Shown: in pieces, positions 49,088 to 59,345 of the stretch
Layout: every line of letters begins with the position of its first letter
Position numbering within the stretch: the first letter of the stretch is position 1
Assembly: GCA_965223795.1 (NCBI GenBank)
Contig: CBDCXL010000002.1
Span: 1-64,000, forward strand
DNA: 64,000 nucleotides
Direction: 5' to 3'
Origin: Nitrospinales bacterium
GTDB taxonomy: Bacteria; Nitrospinota; Nitrospinia; Nitrospinales; VA-1
The notes under the pieces: generated by a model
Databases searched by the model: none
The model's input: only the letters and a program-made list of their open reading frames with translations
Told to the model about the DNA's origin: nothing
Program-made: the position numbers and the translations under genes

Positions 49088-50752
49088 TTACATTTTCTCC
49101 GGCGCGTCGATGCCCATGAGGGCGAGGCCGTTGCGTATGGTGATGCGCAGACTGCGCATCAGAAACAGCCGCGCCTGGGTCCGGGGAATGTCCTCGGTGA
49201 CGACGCGGTGCTTGTTGTAATAGCTGTGAAACCCCGCCACCAGATCGTGCAGGTAGTGGGCGATGCGATGCACTTCAAGGCTTTCGGCGCTCTTTTCCAC
49301 GACCTCGGTGAACGCAAGGATGTTCTTGATGAGCTGCCACTCCTCGTCCTCGACCAGCAGCGACAGGTCCACCTCGCTTCCCTTCTTCTCCGGCACACCC
49401 TGGCTTTGCGCGGTGACGAAGATATTGCAGATGCGGGCGTGCGCGTACTGGATGTAGAACACCGGGTTTTCCGGCGTCTCCTGCTTGGCCAGTTCGAGGT
49501 CGAAATCGAGATGCGTGTCCGAACTGCGCATGAGAAAGATGAAGCGCGCCGCGTCGACGCCGACCTCATCGACCACTTCTTTCAGGGTGACGAATTCGCC
49601 GGAACGGGTGGACATGGACACTTTTTCATCGCCGCGCTTGAGCGTGACGAACTGCACCAGAATGGCGTGGAACACCTTGCGGTCGTAGCCCAGCGCCTGC
49701 ATCACCGCCTGCATGCGCGGCACGTAGCCGTGGTGGTCGGCGCCGAACAGGTCGATGAGCTGGCCGAAGCCGCGTTCGATCTTGTTCTGGTGGTAGGCGA
49801 TGTCCGAGCAGAAGTAGGTGCGCTCGCCGTTCTGCTTGACGATGACGCGGTCCTTGTCGTCCTTGAAGGCGGAGGATTTGAGCCACACGGCGCCGTCCTT
49901 GTCGTAGACGTAGCCTTTGCCGCGCAGCCAGTCGAGCGCGCGGTCCACGGAATCGTCGTCGTACAGGGTCTGCTCGCTGAACCAGCGGTCGAACTCGACA
50001 CGGAATTCCTTAAGATCCTGCTTGATTCCGGCGAGCACCCAGTCGGCGGCGTACTTGCGGAAAAACGGCAGCACGGTTTCCTCGTCCTGGCCGAGAAATT
50101 CCTTGCCCTTTTCTTCGATGACGGCCTGCGCGATGTCCTTGATGTAGTCGCCCTTGTAGTGGTCGTCCGGAAACTCGATGGGCTCGCCCAGAAGTTCCCG
50201 GTAGCGCAGCCAGGTGGAGCGGCCCAGGATGTTCATCTGGTTGCCGACGTCGTTGATGTAGTACTCGGTGTGGATGCCGTAGCCGGCTTTTTTGAGGATC
50301 TTGCTCAGTGCGTTGCCCACCGCGGCGCCGCGGCCGTGGCCCACGTGCAGGGGGCCGGTGGGGTTGGCGCTGACGTATTCGATCAGCACTTTTTTGCCGA
50401 GGCCGATGTCCGAGCGGCCGAAGTCCGCGTCCATCGCTTCCACCTGAAGCAGGCGCTTGAGGAAAAACGCGCGCGACATGGTGAGGTTGATGAAGCCCGG
50501 TCCGGCGGTCTCCACGCGCTCGACCTGGCCGCCGCCGTTTTTCAGGTAGCGGCTCAGCACCTCGGCGATGGCGCGCGGGTTTTTGCGCTCGGGCTTGGCG
50601 AGCACCATGGCGAGGTTGGTGGAAAAATCACCCAGTTTCGGGTCCTTGGGTTTTTCCACCACGATCTGCGGCTCGTCTGAGCCTGAGAGTTCGCCCACGT
50701 CACGGGCCTTGGCCCAGGCGTCGCGGACCATCTGTTTGACTGCGTGTTTCAT
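49088..50752 (-). CDS. argS: Arginyl-tRNA synthetase
   Basis: SANPTGPLHVGH, GADHHGY, MSTRSG, YIQYAHAR. Confidence 0.98.
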   Translation of the reverse strand: MKHAVKQMVRDAWAKARDVGELSGSDEPQIVVEKPKDPKLGDFSTNLAMVLAKPERKNPRAIAEVLSRYLKNGGGQVERVETAGPGFINLTMSRAFFLKRLLQVEAMDADFGRSDIGLGKKVLIEYVSANPTGPLHVGHGRGAAVGNALSKILKKAGYGIHTEYYINDVGNQMNILGRSTWLRYRELLGEPIEFPDDHYKGDYIKDIAQAVIEEKGKEFLGQDEETVLPFFRKYAADWVLAGIKQDLKEFRVEFDRWFSEQTLYDDDSVDRALDWLRGKGYVYDKDGAVWLKSSAFKDDKDRVIVKQNGERTYFCSDIAYHQNKIERGFGQLIDLFGADHHGYVPRMQAVMQALGYDRKVFHAILVQFVTLKRGDEKVSMSTRSGEFVTLKEVVDEVGVDAARFIFLMRSSDTHLDFDLELAKQETPENPVFYIQYAHARICNIFVTAQSQGVPEKKGSEVDLSLLVEDEEWQLIKNILAFTEVVEKSAESLEVHRIAHYLHDLVAGFHSYYNKHRVVTEDIPRTQARLFLMRSLRITIRNGLALMGIDAPEKM

Positions 50753-50898
50753 GAATGTACGAGAGGACCTTTGCTAATAATGCGGTGTGTCTTTATTCAA
50801 ACCACGTGCCGCCTTCAGGCCGAACGGGACCCCGGCAATCCGCAAACGGATTGCAGGATGCCCGCGCGCCCGTGATCGTGCGGGTTCGCGTCGGCTGT

Positions 50899-51213
50899 CT
50901 ATTTATCGCGGGCCCGGACGGCTTCGATCTTTTCTTCGCGTTCGGCTTCCAGAGCCTGCTTTTCCTCAAAAAATTGCTTTTTGAGTTCTTCTGCCACGAT
51001 TTCCAGTTCTTCCGGCGGGGTGCGGTCCGACAACTTGTTCAGCTTGTCCTGGAGAGTGACTTCCCGGTCCGCGATCTTGGCTTTGAACTCGTTGCGGATC
51101 TCCTGGATCTCTTTTTTCTGAGCATCTGAAAGCTTTTTGTTTTTCTTGAGTTCCGGAACCAGCTCGTTGGATTTTTCCATGCTGAGTTCCCAGGCGCTTT
51201 TCAGACCGGACAT
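50899..51213 (-). CDS. Conserved coiled-coil hypothetical protein
   Basis: MSGLKSAWELSMEK; AGGAGG SD. Confidence 0.7.
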   Translation of the reverse strand: MSGLKSAWELSMEKSNELVPELKKNKKLSDAQKKEIQEIRNEFKAKIADREVTLQDKLNKLSDRTPPEELEIVAEELKKQFFEEKQALEAEREEKIEAVRARDK

Positions 51214-51454
51214 GCGTTCCCTCCTAAGTTACTCAAAAATTGAGTGTTATGATTATAAACCCAAAACGGCCGCGGACTCAATCGGAATTATTGCCCCAAG
51301 TGACTGATTTTTTTACCACTATTTGCGTAACGCGTGTGCGCGCGGGGCTTCCGGCCGTTTTGGGAGTTGGCCCAATGGTAGCATTTTTTTATGGATTTCG
51401 GCAGGCATTTCGCGGCCGGGACCGGCCGCGTCGGCGTGGGATTCTCTTACGGCG

Positions 51455-51757
51455 TCACTGAGCGTAGGCCGCGCAGTTGCCGCCCTCCCAGCGGGTGCCG
51501 ACGATGGTCCGGGATGCGGCGTCGACCTCCACCCAGGTGGTGCATTTGAGCAGGGCCAGGTCGGGATTGCGGCGAAAATACACGTAGACGGTGTTGCCGT
51601 TGGCGATGGTGTCTTTTTTCAGCGGCGGACCGTTCTGCTTGAGGAACGCCTCAATGGATTGACCGTGCCAGTTTTTCAGCATGGCGTCGTAATGCGCGGA
51701 CGTGGCGCAGCCGGTGAGGGCAAAACCGGCGATCAGGGTAATGAGGAAGGCACGCAT
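51455..51757 (-). CDS. Small lipoprotein
   Basis: Lipobox LTGC, two further Cys. Confidence 0.75.
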   Translation of the reverse strand: MRAFLITLIAGFALTGCATSAHYDAMLKNWHGQSIEAFLKQNGPPLKKDTIANGNTVYVYFRRNPDLALLKCTTWVEVDAASRTIVGTRWEGGNCAAYAQ

Positions 51758-51781
51758 CTCTCACCTCCAGGAAAACGGGAG

Positions 51782-52558
51782 TCAGTTGATCCGGTAATCG
51801 ACAAACCGGAAGATGAAGGATTGCAGGGTCCGTTCATCCTGCTTGACGGTCTGCACCAGCTTGCGCACCAGCCAGAAGTCGCCCACCTGCTGGTAGGTGA
51901 ACTCGCTGATTTCCGTGTATTCCAGCTCGCCCATCGTGAACTGCGCGCGGCTTTCGGCGAGCAGCCATTTGCCTTCGCGGTCGGTGTAGCTCAGGCGGCT
52001 TTTGACTTCGCCGGGGGCGTTTCTCTGGGTGATGCGCAGTTTGGGAATGGAAAGCTGCTCAAGATCCACCAGCATTTCGTATTTCTGCACCGCGTCACCG
52101 GGGGAAGGCGCGCGGAACACCATGAGCATGTTGCCGCCGCGTACTTTTTTCAGGTTTCCCTCAAACTCGGAAACCTTTTCACCGAGGGTCCTGGGCACGA
52201 TCAGCTCCTTGTAGTGCTCGAGCATGTTCATCACTTCGCGCCGCCGTTGAAAGGACATTTCGGAATCGCCGTCGAGCTCCATCCGGCGCAGGACACCGTC
52301 ATCGATGCGTTCGTAGGTGAATCGCGCGGAAGGGTTTTTCAGGTAGCGCCCGTTTCCGGTCACGGTGTCGAGCTGCTCCCAGTCCACGCGCACCGTCAGC
52401 TTGTTCAGGCCCTGCCGCTGGGGGTAGTAATACCGCCCATCCAGGGTGGCAATCAGCTCTTCCGGGCTTTTGACCTCGACGGCGGCATAGACGCTGGCGT
52501 GCAGCAGCAGCCCCGCGAGAGCCAGCAGGACCGGCCGTGATTTACGATGCACCCGCAT
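51782..52558 (-). CDS. Secreted beta-rich hypothetical protein
   Basis: Signal peptide; alternating beta strands. Confidence 0.75.
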   Translation of the reverse strand: MRVHRKSRPVLLALAGLLLHASVYAAVEVKSPEELIATLDGRYYYPQRQGLNKLTVRVDWEQLDTVTGNGRYLKNPSARFTYERIDDGVLRRMELDGDSEMSFQRRREVMNMLEHYKELIVPRTLGEKVSEFEGNLKKVRGGNMLMVFRAPSPGDAVQKYEMLVDLEQLSIPKLRITQRNAPGEVKSRLSYTDREGKWLLAESRAQFTMGELEYTEISEFTYQQVGDFWLVRKLVQTVKQDERTLQSFIFRFVDYRIN

Positions 52559-52570
52559 GACGTTTCATCC

Positions 52571-53116
52571 TCATTGTTTCAGGGACTGCATCACCTGAAT
52601 GGAATCCGGGCTGTCCCAGACCCTTGCGCCGGAAGCGAAGCCCTTCAGCTTGCCCTCGCCGTCGATCAGGTAGGTGGTGGGCAGCCCCATGATGTAATAG
52701 TTCTTCCGCACCTTCTGGTCCGGGTCGAGCAGGATGGGAAAGGTCAGGTTGTATTGATCCACGTACTTGCGGATGCGGTCGAAGTTGCTGCGGTCGATGG
52801 AGATGGCCACCACTTCGACGCCCTGATCCTTCATGGTTTCGTACAACCGCTGCATGGAAGGCAGTTCCTCCTTGCAGGCCTCGCACCAGGTGGCCCAGAA
52901 GTTCAGCAGGATGGGCTTGCCGCGAAAATCCCGCAGATCCACGGTGTTGCCGTGGATGTCCTGCAGGGAAAACCCGGGTGCGTTTCGCTCCACCCGGGGT
53001 TTCACGATGCCCATGTTCTCGAAGGTGTCCTGCGCCGCCCACACGGAAACGGCGGTGAACCCGATCACGCACAGTGCCGCCAGCCAGAAACCGGACAATC
53101 GAAAACGGTTTTTCAT
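52571..53116 (-). CDS. TlpA/ResA-like thiol-disulfide reductase
   Basis: NFWATWCEACKEELP, LPTTYLID. Confidence 0.92.
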   Translation of the reverse strand: MKNRFRLSGFWLAALCVIGFTAVSVWAAQDTFENMGIVKPRVERNAPGFSLQDIHGNTVDLRDFRGKPILLNFWATWCEACKEELPSMQRLYETMKDQGVEVVAISIDRSNFDRIRKYVDQYNLTFPILLDPDQKVRKNYYIMGLPTTYLIDGEGKLKGFASGARVWDSPDSIQVMQSLKQ

Positions 53117-53127
53117 ATTTAAACCTC

Positions 53128-53397
53128 CTATCGGGCGTTGCGATGCAGGTACGCCCGGATGGTTGATTTGTCTTCGGAAGAAAAGGCGATGTCCTTCTCC
53201 TGCATGATGCTTTCCATCCAGACCAGGATGCCGTCCCATTCTTCCTTGCTGTGCCGTCCCGGGTGCGGCCAGGAATGGCACTGGGTGCACTGCTTCATGT
53301 ACACCGCCTGATCGGCGGTGCCTTCCTCCGGAAGGCCCGCGCAACCTGTGAGGCATACCATCAGCATAACGCAGAAAATCGAGCCGAATGTTCGCAT
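53128..53397 (-). CDS. Monohaem cytochrome c lipoprotein
   Basis: Lipobox LTGC, CTQCH, W...M. Confidence 0.82.
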   Translation of the reverse strand: MRTFGSIFCVMLMVCLTGCAGLPEEGTADQAVYMKQCTQCHSWPHPGRHSKEEWDGILVWMESIMQEKDIAFSSEDKSTIRAYLHRNAR

Positions 53398-53410
53398 TTT
53401 TTCACCTCGA

Positions 53411-54568
53411 TCAAAAGCCCAGTTGTTCAGGCGGTTTGAACCCGGTGTAGCGGCGGCTCTTCTTGGTCGGCACCTCGATGTAGTAGGTGAACTGGATCAT
53501 CCAGTCGTCCCTCAACTGAGGACCGGCCAGGTCGTTGTGAATCGGCAGCGTGGCCACCAGTTCCATGATGTGCAGCGGTATCGGCTGGAACTGGAAACCG
53601 AAGGTCACGCCGATGCGGTGGCCGCCGTAATTCTGCGGATCGAACAGCGGGCTCAGAAAACCGTTGTTGGGGTTGAATCCGGCGTGGCCCTCGCCGTTCA
53701 CGCGCTGGTTGAACGGCTCGTCGCTGTACTGGCCTTCGGCCCAGCCCTGCAGCTCGGCGAGCAGCACCACCTTGGGGTGGATCTGCCGCATGACGTAAAA
53801 GTCATACTGAAACTCCTGGCCGCGGTGGTAGCCCTGGTCGTTGTCGTACAGGTGGGCTTCCAGTTTCAGGTTCATGCCGTACCACCAGGGGTCCTTGGAA
53901 CCCTGATAGGTCAGTCCGATGATCGGATCGACGGTGCCGCTGCCGGTCTGCATGCGAAACGGCAGGATCGTGCCGTTCTGGCCGGGGACCGGGTTGCGGC
54001 TGAACTTCTTGTCGATCGAGCCGGTGGGCAGGGATAGGCCGAACAGCATGGACAACTGGTTCGTGGGAGCCAGGTCGTCGTTGGCGTACAGCCGGTATTT
54101 GCCCAGCAGGGTGAGGTCGCTGATGCCGTCGGAGAACATGGTGAAGCCCTTCTGCCCGGTGGACGCCTGCAGGGGCTGGTTGAACTCCATGTCCATCTCG
54201 TTGCGGATGTAGCTCAGCATCATCATGCCGGCGAAATTGTCGGTGAACGAGTACGCGACCGAACCCATCGTCATGTAGGTGCGCATGCGCTCGGGCGCGA
54301 CGGCGAAGGTGGTGCCGTTGGGCGGACCGAGCAGATCGGCGTTGAGCAGATCGTCGGTGCCGTCGCGCAGCGGACCCATCTGCATGAACATCTGGCTGAG
54401 CTTGAAGCGGAATTCGTGCGTTTCCGGAATTCCGCCGCCGGGGATGTTCATCGGCATGTTGCCGCCGCAGTGGGCGCAGCACAGCCCGACGTAAGCCTGG
54501 GCCAATGGAGCGAACAGCAACACGAACAGCCCGCTCAAGAATACGGAAAATGATTTCTTGTGTGCCAT
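53411..54568 (-). CDS. Outer-membrane beta-barrel transporter with Cys/His/Met-rich N-terminus
   Basis: Signal peptide, CCAHCGGNMPMN, G..D..L.GKY, LSLPTG, QTGSGT.D. Confidence 0.78.
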   Translation of the reverse strand: MAHKKSFSVFLSGLFVLLFAPLAQAYVGLCCAHCGGNMPMNIPGGGIPETHEFRFKLSQMFMQMGPLRDGTDDLLNADLLGPPNGTTFAVAPERMRTYMTMGSVAYSFTDNFAGMMMLSYIRNEMDMEFNQPLQASTGQKGFTMFSDGISDLTLLGKYRLYANDDLAPTNQLSMLFGLSLPTGSIDKKFSRNPVPGQNGTILPFRMQTGSGTVDPIIGLTYQGSKDPWWYGMNLKLEAHLYDNDQGYHRGQEFQYDFYVMRQIHPKVVLLAELQGWAEGQYSDEPFNQRVNGEGHAGFNPNNGFLSPLFDPQNYGGHRIGVTFGFQFQPIPLHIMELVATLPIHNDLAGPQLRDDWMIQFTYYIEVPTKKSRRYTGFKPPEQLGF

Positions 54569-54735
54569 GATTCCTTCCTCGAAATGTGTGCGCACCTCTC
54601 TTTCCTGAGAGGTGTGGTGCAAAGGGGCGAAAGAAGTGCTCACGCTGATCCTAAAAAGGATCTGCGCGAAATTCGAGTTCACTCAAACCCGCAAGCACGG
54701 GCCTGGATGACTCGCTGGAACAATAGGAAGTTGAA

Positions 54736-55164
54736 TCAGAGGGATCGGGGAGGAGGATCGCTGGGATCGTAATGCGGTTCCGGCAACATCCGGGAGGCAA
54801 TCACGATGCGGCCGGAAAGCGGAAAACCAGGGGCGGCCTGGGTGTCCTGGGAGGCGGACAGGTCCTTGCCCGCTGGGAAACCTGTGGCAACCGGGGACGC
54901 GGGGTCCGACCCGCAGGGTTTGCCTATCTGAGCTTGTTTCTTATTGGGGGAATCCGCCGTGTGCGGGCAGTGGTTGGTCCGGTGTCCTTTTAAAGCACAG
55001 TGGATCGAGCGGCTTTCAGAATCCGCTTTTGCGGGCGTGTCGAACGGCGACACCGCGGCTTGTTCCACCGCACCGTGATGGTGGTGCGGAGATGCCCAAA
55101 CAGGCGCTGCCGTAAAAAGCAGGCCGCCTAAAAACAGGGATGTCAAAATCAACAGGGTTCGCAT
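54736..55164 (-). CDS. His/Cys-rich exported leader protein (CutF/DUF2946-like)
   Basis: Signal peptide, HHHH, HC..KGH...HCPH, C-terminal PEPHYDPSDPPPRSL. Confidence 0.65.
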   Translation of the reverse strand: MRTLLILTSLFLGGLLFTAAPVWASPHHHHGAVEQAAVSPFDTPAKADSESRSIHCALKGHRTNHCPHTADSPNKKQAQIGKPCGSDPASPVATGFPAGKDLSASQDTQAAPGFPLSGRIVIASRMLPEPHYDPSDPPPRSL

Positions 55165-55471
55165 CGTTCGGTGGTGCAGAGGGCTGCCCAAAGGAAACCC
55201 GCCGCCGTCCCTTTTTCATCTCCCGGCGTCCGGCAACGCCTGGAAAATAAAGACTGTAAATCCAGTTGGATGGACTTTATCCAGATTATAGTTGCGGCGT
55301 TTTGGGGTGTCAAGCGTTTCCGGGTGCCTTTGCCGGCGCTTTTGTGCCGGAACCGGCGCTGTTTTTTCTTTGCACGGAACGCATTGAAAAGAAAATTTTA
55401 CCGGTCGGAACCGTGCCGCCCCACAGCGGAAACGGTTGTTCTGAATTCACCCTTTTGTTATTCTTCCGCTT

Positions 55472-56221
55472 ATGTCGAAGCCGGAGACCCGCCCGCAACT
55501 GCTGCGGGAACTGAAAAACTATCTGCTTTTCCTGAAAGAATGCGGGTACACCGAAGTCCCGTACGAAAGGGCCCTTTCCCTGTCACCGCCGGCGCCGCGT
55601 TCGAAACCTGTCCCCCCCCAACCCGATGCCATGACACCACCTCAAATGATGAAAAGCAAAACCGACCTCCTGTCCGATATCCGCGCCGAGCTGGGCGACT
55701 GCACGCGCTGCAAGCTGTGCGAAGGGCGCAACAAGATCGTGTTCGGCTCCGGCAACCCGGAGGCGTCGCTGGTGTTCGTCGGCGAAGGGCCGGGAGCGGA
55801 CGAGGACGCGCAGGGACTGCCGTTCGTCGGCCGGGCGGGCAAGAAGCTGACGGAGATCATCGAGAAGGGCATGCAGCTCAACCGCGAGCGGGACACCTAC
55901 ATCTGCAACATCGTCAAATGCCGTCCCCCGGGCAACCGCGACCCGGAACGCGACGAGGTGGAGGCCTGCAAGCCGTTTCTGATCAAGCAGCTCCAGGCGA
56001 TCCGGCCGAAAGCCATCGTGGCTCTCGGCAAACCGGCGGCGACGACGCTTTTAGGGCGCGCGGTGGCCATCACCAAGGAACGGGGCACCTGGCATGAGTA
56101 CGAAGGCATCCCGCTGATGCTGACGTTTCATCCGGCCTACCTGCTGCGGTTTTACACGGTGGAAAACCGGCGCGCGGTGATGGACGACATGAACAAAGTG
56201 CTGGAACGTTTGCGGGAGTGA
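55472..56221 (+). CDS. Uracil-DNA glycosylase family 4
   Basis: CTRCKLC, GEGPG, KCRPP, HPAYLLR. Confidence 0.93.
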   Translation: MSKPETRPQLLRELKNYLLFLKECGYTEVPYERALSLSPPAPRSKPVPPQPDAMTPPQMMKSKTDLLSDIRAELGDCTRCKLCEGRNKIVFGSGNPEASLVFVGEGPGADEDAQGLPFVGRAGKKLTEIIEKGMQLNRERDTYICNIVKCRPPGNRDPERDEVEACKPFLIKQLQAIRPKAIVALGKPAATTLLGRAVAITKERGTWHEYEGIPLMLTFHPAYLLRFYTVENRRAVMDDMNKVLERLRE

Positions 56222-56394
56222 ATTGGCTTGCCCTCACGTTAATGTGAAGTTCAATACACCGGGCTTGGGAAAACACCTTTTAAAACGCCTGCGGGAGTGA
56301 AGCGGCACACGCCCTTCCCTATAAAAAAAATCAAACCGCAGGGCACGATGAAGCACGTTCTGAAACGCTTGTACGAATGGGAAAGGATGGTTCG

Positions 56395-56946
56395 ATGGCT
56401 GAGGCAAGAATCCGCATCGGCGTGATCGGTTCGGGCAAGGACCCGCTCACGCATCTCAGCGAGCCGCTCGGCCGCTGGATCGCGATGAACGGGTTCGACC
56501 TGGTCAACGGCGGCGGACAGGGCGTGATGGCGGCGACGGCGTTCGCGTTTCGCCAGGTCGAGGACCGCAGGGGCCTTTCGATCGGCATCCTGCCGGCGCA
56601 GAATTTCTGCGACCACGGCGACGCCCGCGCGGGCTATCAGACGCCGCACGGCTACCCGAACGATCACATCGACCTGCCCATCCGCACCCACCTGCCGCTT
56701 TCGGGCTCGCTCGGCAAGGACACGGCCAGCCGCAACCACATCATCGTGCTGACGGCGGACTGCCTCGTGGCACTGCCGGGCACCGAGGGCACGCGCACGG
56801 AGATCGAACTGGCGCTCGATTACGGGAAACCCCTCACAGCGGTCAGCCCGGAAGGGGAATGGGACCGCTACGCCTCGCGCGCCAAGGTCGTGCCGAATCT
56901 GGAAGACGCGCTGGAATGGGTCGGGCAGACCGTGGCAGGATTTTAA
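56395..56946 (+). CDS. SLOG/LOG-family nucleotide-binding protein
   Basis: GGGQGVMAA, SRNH, LPG..GT..E. Confidence 0.82.
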   Translation: MAEARIRIGVIGSGKDPLTHLSEPLGRWIAMNGFDLVNGGGQGVMAATAFAFRQVEDRRGLSIGILPAQNFCDHGDARAGYQTPHGYPNDHIDLPIRTHLPLSGSLGKDTASRNHIIVLTADCLVALPGTEGTRTEIELALDYGKPLTAVSPEGEWDRYASRAKVVPNLEDALEWVGQTVAGF

Positions 56947-57044
56947 AGAGAAGGATTGGGCGGACTGCTTCGCACGGAACCCGCAATATCATTTCCCGGC
57001 CATCCAACGATTCCTGAATCCCGCAAATTAGCGAAAGGTTTGCA

Positions 57045-57077
57045 AGGGAAAGGGGAGAAACGCGTTCCCCTTTCCCT
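57045..57077. terminator. 12-bp hairpin between convergent genes
   Basis: AGGGAAAGGGGA/TCCCCTTTCCCT; no U tract. Confidence 0.45.
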
Positions 57078-57124
57078 GTGCGTCAGCGGGTCATACCGTG
57101 CCGGGCCTCCGTTGCTCCCTGCCT

Positions 57125-58252
57125 TCAGTCCCTATCTCTGCCATATCCGCGGCGAGGATGGCGCGGGTGGTCTTCATTCACGCTCAATTGTCTTGATGGA
57201 ACGCAGAGCTGCTCGGGCCTTCTGAGCTTGAATGTCTGCTCGCCAAACTGGTTGTCGATCGTCACTTCCAGCCTCTTGTTTCTACTGGAGTACACACGGT
57301 AGCAGGTCAATGCGTTGTCCGCATTGATGATGCCTTCCCCGTTCTTGTCCACGGGAACGCAATAGGATTCCGCCCTCCAGTTTACCCTCACATTCTCACT
57401 GTCGCCGAACTGATCTTCCAGACTCACCACAGGGCGGGGATCCAGTTTTGTGGCATTGTTCACGTCATAGCACTGGAAATGGTCGATTGGCGGTCCCACG
57501 GGTTCGGCATCTCCGACCAGGATCTGAATTTCAACCCTCGCGACGATGTCTCCATCCAGATTCCTCGCCAGCAGATAAATGATGTAGTTGCCGTCCACCG
57601 TAGGATCGAACCCGCTGAAAGGAGAACCATTATCGAAAAATTCATAGTTCCATGAATTCTGGGCGACGTTGTTGTTTTCCAGCAGGGTCAAATAGCCCGC
57701 CGCGTCCCCGGCGGATGTCCCGGCACCGTTTGCGGTGGTGTTGTCTCCAATGGCGTGATCGTAAAAAGGAACCTCGGGCGGACTGGGTGTGATGTTGTCG
57801 AATATGAGGAAGTTTGTCCCTGGACCGGGATCGAAATCCAGTCCCATCTCGTAGGTGAAATCGATGAGTTTCATGCCGGAGGATCCGTCGAAATCCGTGT
57901 TCACGGACCATTCGAAACTCCATTCCGGCGTGTTGTTGGGTGGCATGTCGAAGCCGAATCCCGTGACATTTCCGGGGTTGAAATTGTAGGTTCCGTTGCT
58001 GTTGCTGTTGAAGGTGTTTTCCGGCAGGTTTAAAGCATTGAACCTGAGCTTGCCGCGCAGCCCGATTTCGATGCCATTCCGGCGGTCGGTTGTGAAACTT
58101 CCGTTCAGGTTCCCGCTACCAAAGATGATATCCGGAGTGACGTCCTGATCGTACTGGACGACAGCCCATGCGCCGGTGGTTCCCCAAACTGTAAATACAA
58201 AAACAGCGGCTGCCGCAAGCTGAACTGCTTTCAGATTTCCAGACGGTTTCAT
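57125..58252 (-). CDS. Secreted two-domain protein (acidic beta domain plus Cys-containing QFG-repeat domain)
   Basis: Signal peptide; HFQCY..DQFG..CVP..K / LTCY..NQFG..LCVPS. Confidence 0.8.
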   Translation of the reverse strand: MKPSGNLKAVQLAAAAVFVFTVWGTTGAWAVVQYDQDVTPDIIFGSGNLNGSFTTDRRNGIEIGLRGKLRFNALNLPENTFNSNSNGTYNFNPGNVTGFGFDMPPNNTPEWSFEWSVNTDFDGSSGMKLIDFTYEMGLDFDPGPGTNFLIFDNITPSPPEVPFYDHAIGDNTTANGAGTSAGDAAGYLTLLENNNVAQNSWNYEFFDNGSPFSGFDPTVDGNYIIYLLARNLDGDIVARVEIQILVGDAEPVGPPIDHFQCYDVNNATKLDPRPVVSLEDQFGDSENVRVNWRAESYCVPVDKNGEGIINADNALTCYRVYSSRNKRLEVTIDNQFGEQTFKLRRPEQLCVPSRQLSVNEDHPRHPRRGYGRDRD

Positions 58253-58582
58253 TTGAATTCTCTCCTCGCTTTAAATTTGCAATTCCGTGGAATTCAGGCG
58301 GTGCAGACTTCACAGTGTCCGGGTGTTCAAAAGAATTCAGAGATACAGACAATCTGGGGGGAAATTCAGTTGTCACTTCTTCTTAACGGCAGGAAATTCT
58401 CAAGATAAATGAGACAATCCACTTTATCCGGTGGAAATTAAAAACTATTTTTATCTGAGGCAGGCTGCTTTCAATTCCAGGCAGTGTGGTTTGCGGTATC
58501 GGCACATATCAATGCGCAGGGAAAATAATTTTCGTAGGGGGGGTGATCCGGGCTCCATCTGCCAGCCGGGCAGTGCGTGTTT

Positions 58583-59344
58583 TCAGCGTTTGAGGATGCT
58601 CTGCGAAAAGTATTTGCGGGGGATGTCCACGTCGAACTCGATCTCGTCGAACACGTAGGTGGTTTTGGTGTTTTCCTTGAGCATGTCGCGGAAGACCATG
58701 CGCCGGGGAAACAGCCGCTCCCCGAGCGGCCGGTAGTCGAGAAACTCCACCTTCTTGAGCAACTTCCCACCCTTGGCGTACATCTCTTCGCTGTTCACGA
58801 TCTCTTTCACCGGGTCGACCCAGAGCCTGCGGGTCTGGTAGGTGGTGGTCTTGTCGTGCGCGGTCAGAAACAAAACGCAGCAGTCCGGCGCGTTGCGGTC
58901 GCCTTCCAGCTTCGCTTCGTAGGCGGTGCTGAGCTTTTTGTCCTCCATCATGTCCTCGTAGGAGAGGTCGCTGCCCATCATCGACTGGCGCAGCATGTGG
59001 CCGGCGATGAGGATTTTGCGGTCGGTGCGCGGCGTGTACATCCACAGCTTGTCCTCGATCTTGAGCATCTTGGTGCCCTTCTCGCGCGGCGGCGACTTGT
59101 AGTCGGTGAAGGAACGCTCGACGCCCTGCATCCAGGCCTCCCAGGTGAGCACCCGCTCCTTGCGGCCGTTGTCGATGATGAGCTTGCCCTCGATGTGCTT
59201 GGTGTTCGCCCACAGGTTGTCGTCGATGCGTTTGAGCAGCCGCTGGGCTTCGCTTTCCTCCGCGTTGAGGGGAACGGACCCAAAAAGCATCGCGGCCGCA
59301 AGCGCCAGCAATCCGAGAACACACTGTCTGATTGAATTCGTCAT
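58583..59344 (-). CDS. LolA-like outer-membrane lipoprotein-sorting protein
   Basis: P.REKGTKML, LWMY.P, SMMGSDLSYED. Confidence 0.88.
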   Translation of the reverse strand: MTNSIRQCVLGLLALAAAMLFGSVPLNAEESEAQRLLKRIDDNLWANTKHIEGKLIIDNGRKERVLTWEAWMQGVERSFTDYKSPPREKGTKMLKIEDKLWMYTPRTDRKILIAGHMLRQSMMGSDLSYEDMMEDKKLSTAYEAKLEGDRNAPDCCVLFLTAHDKTTTYQTRRLWVDPVKEIVNSEEMYAKGGKLLKKVEFLDYRPLGERLFPRRMVFRDMLKENTKTTYVFDEIEFDVDIPRKYFSQSILKR

Positions 59345-59345
59345 G

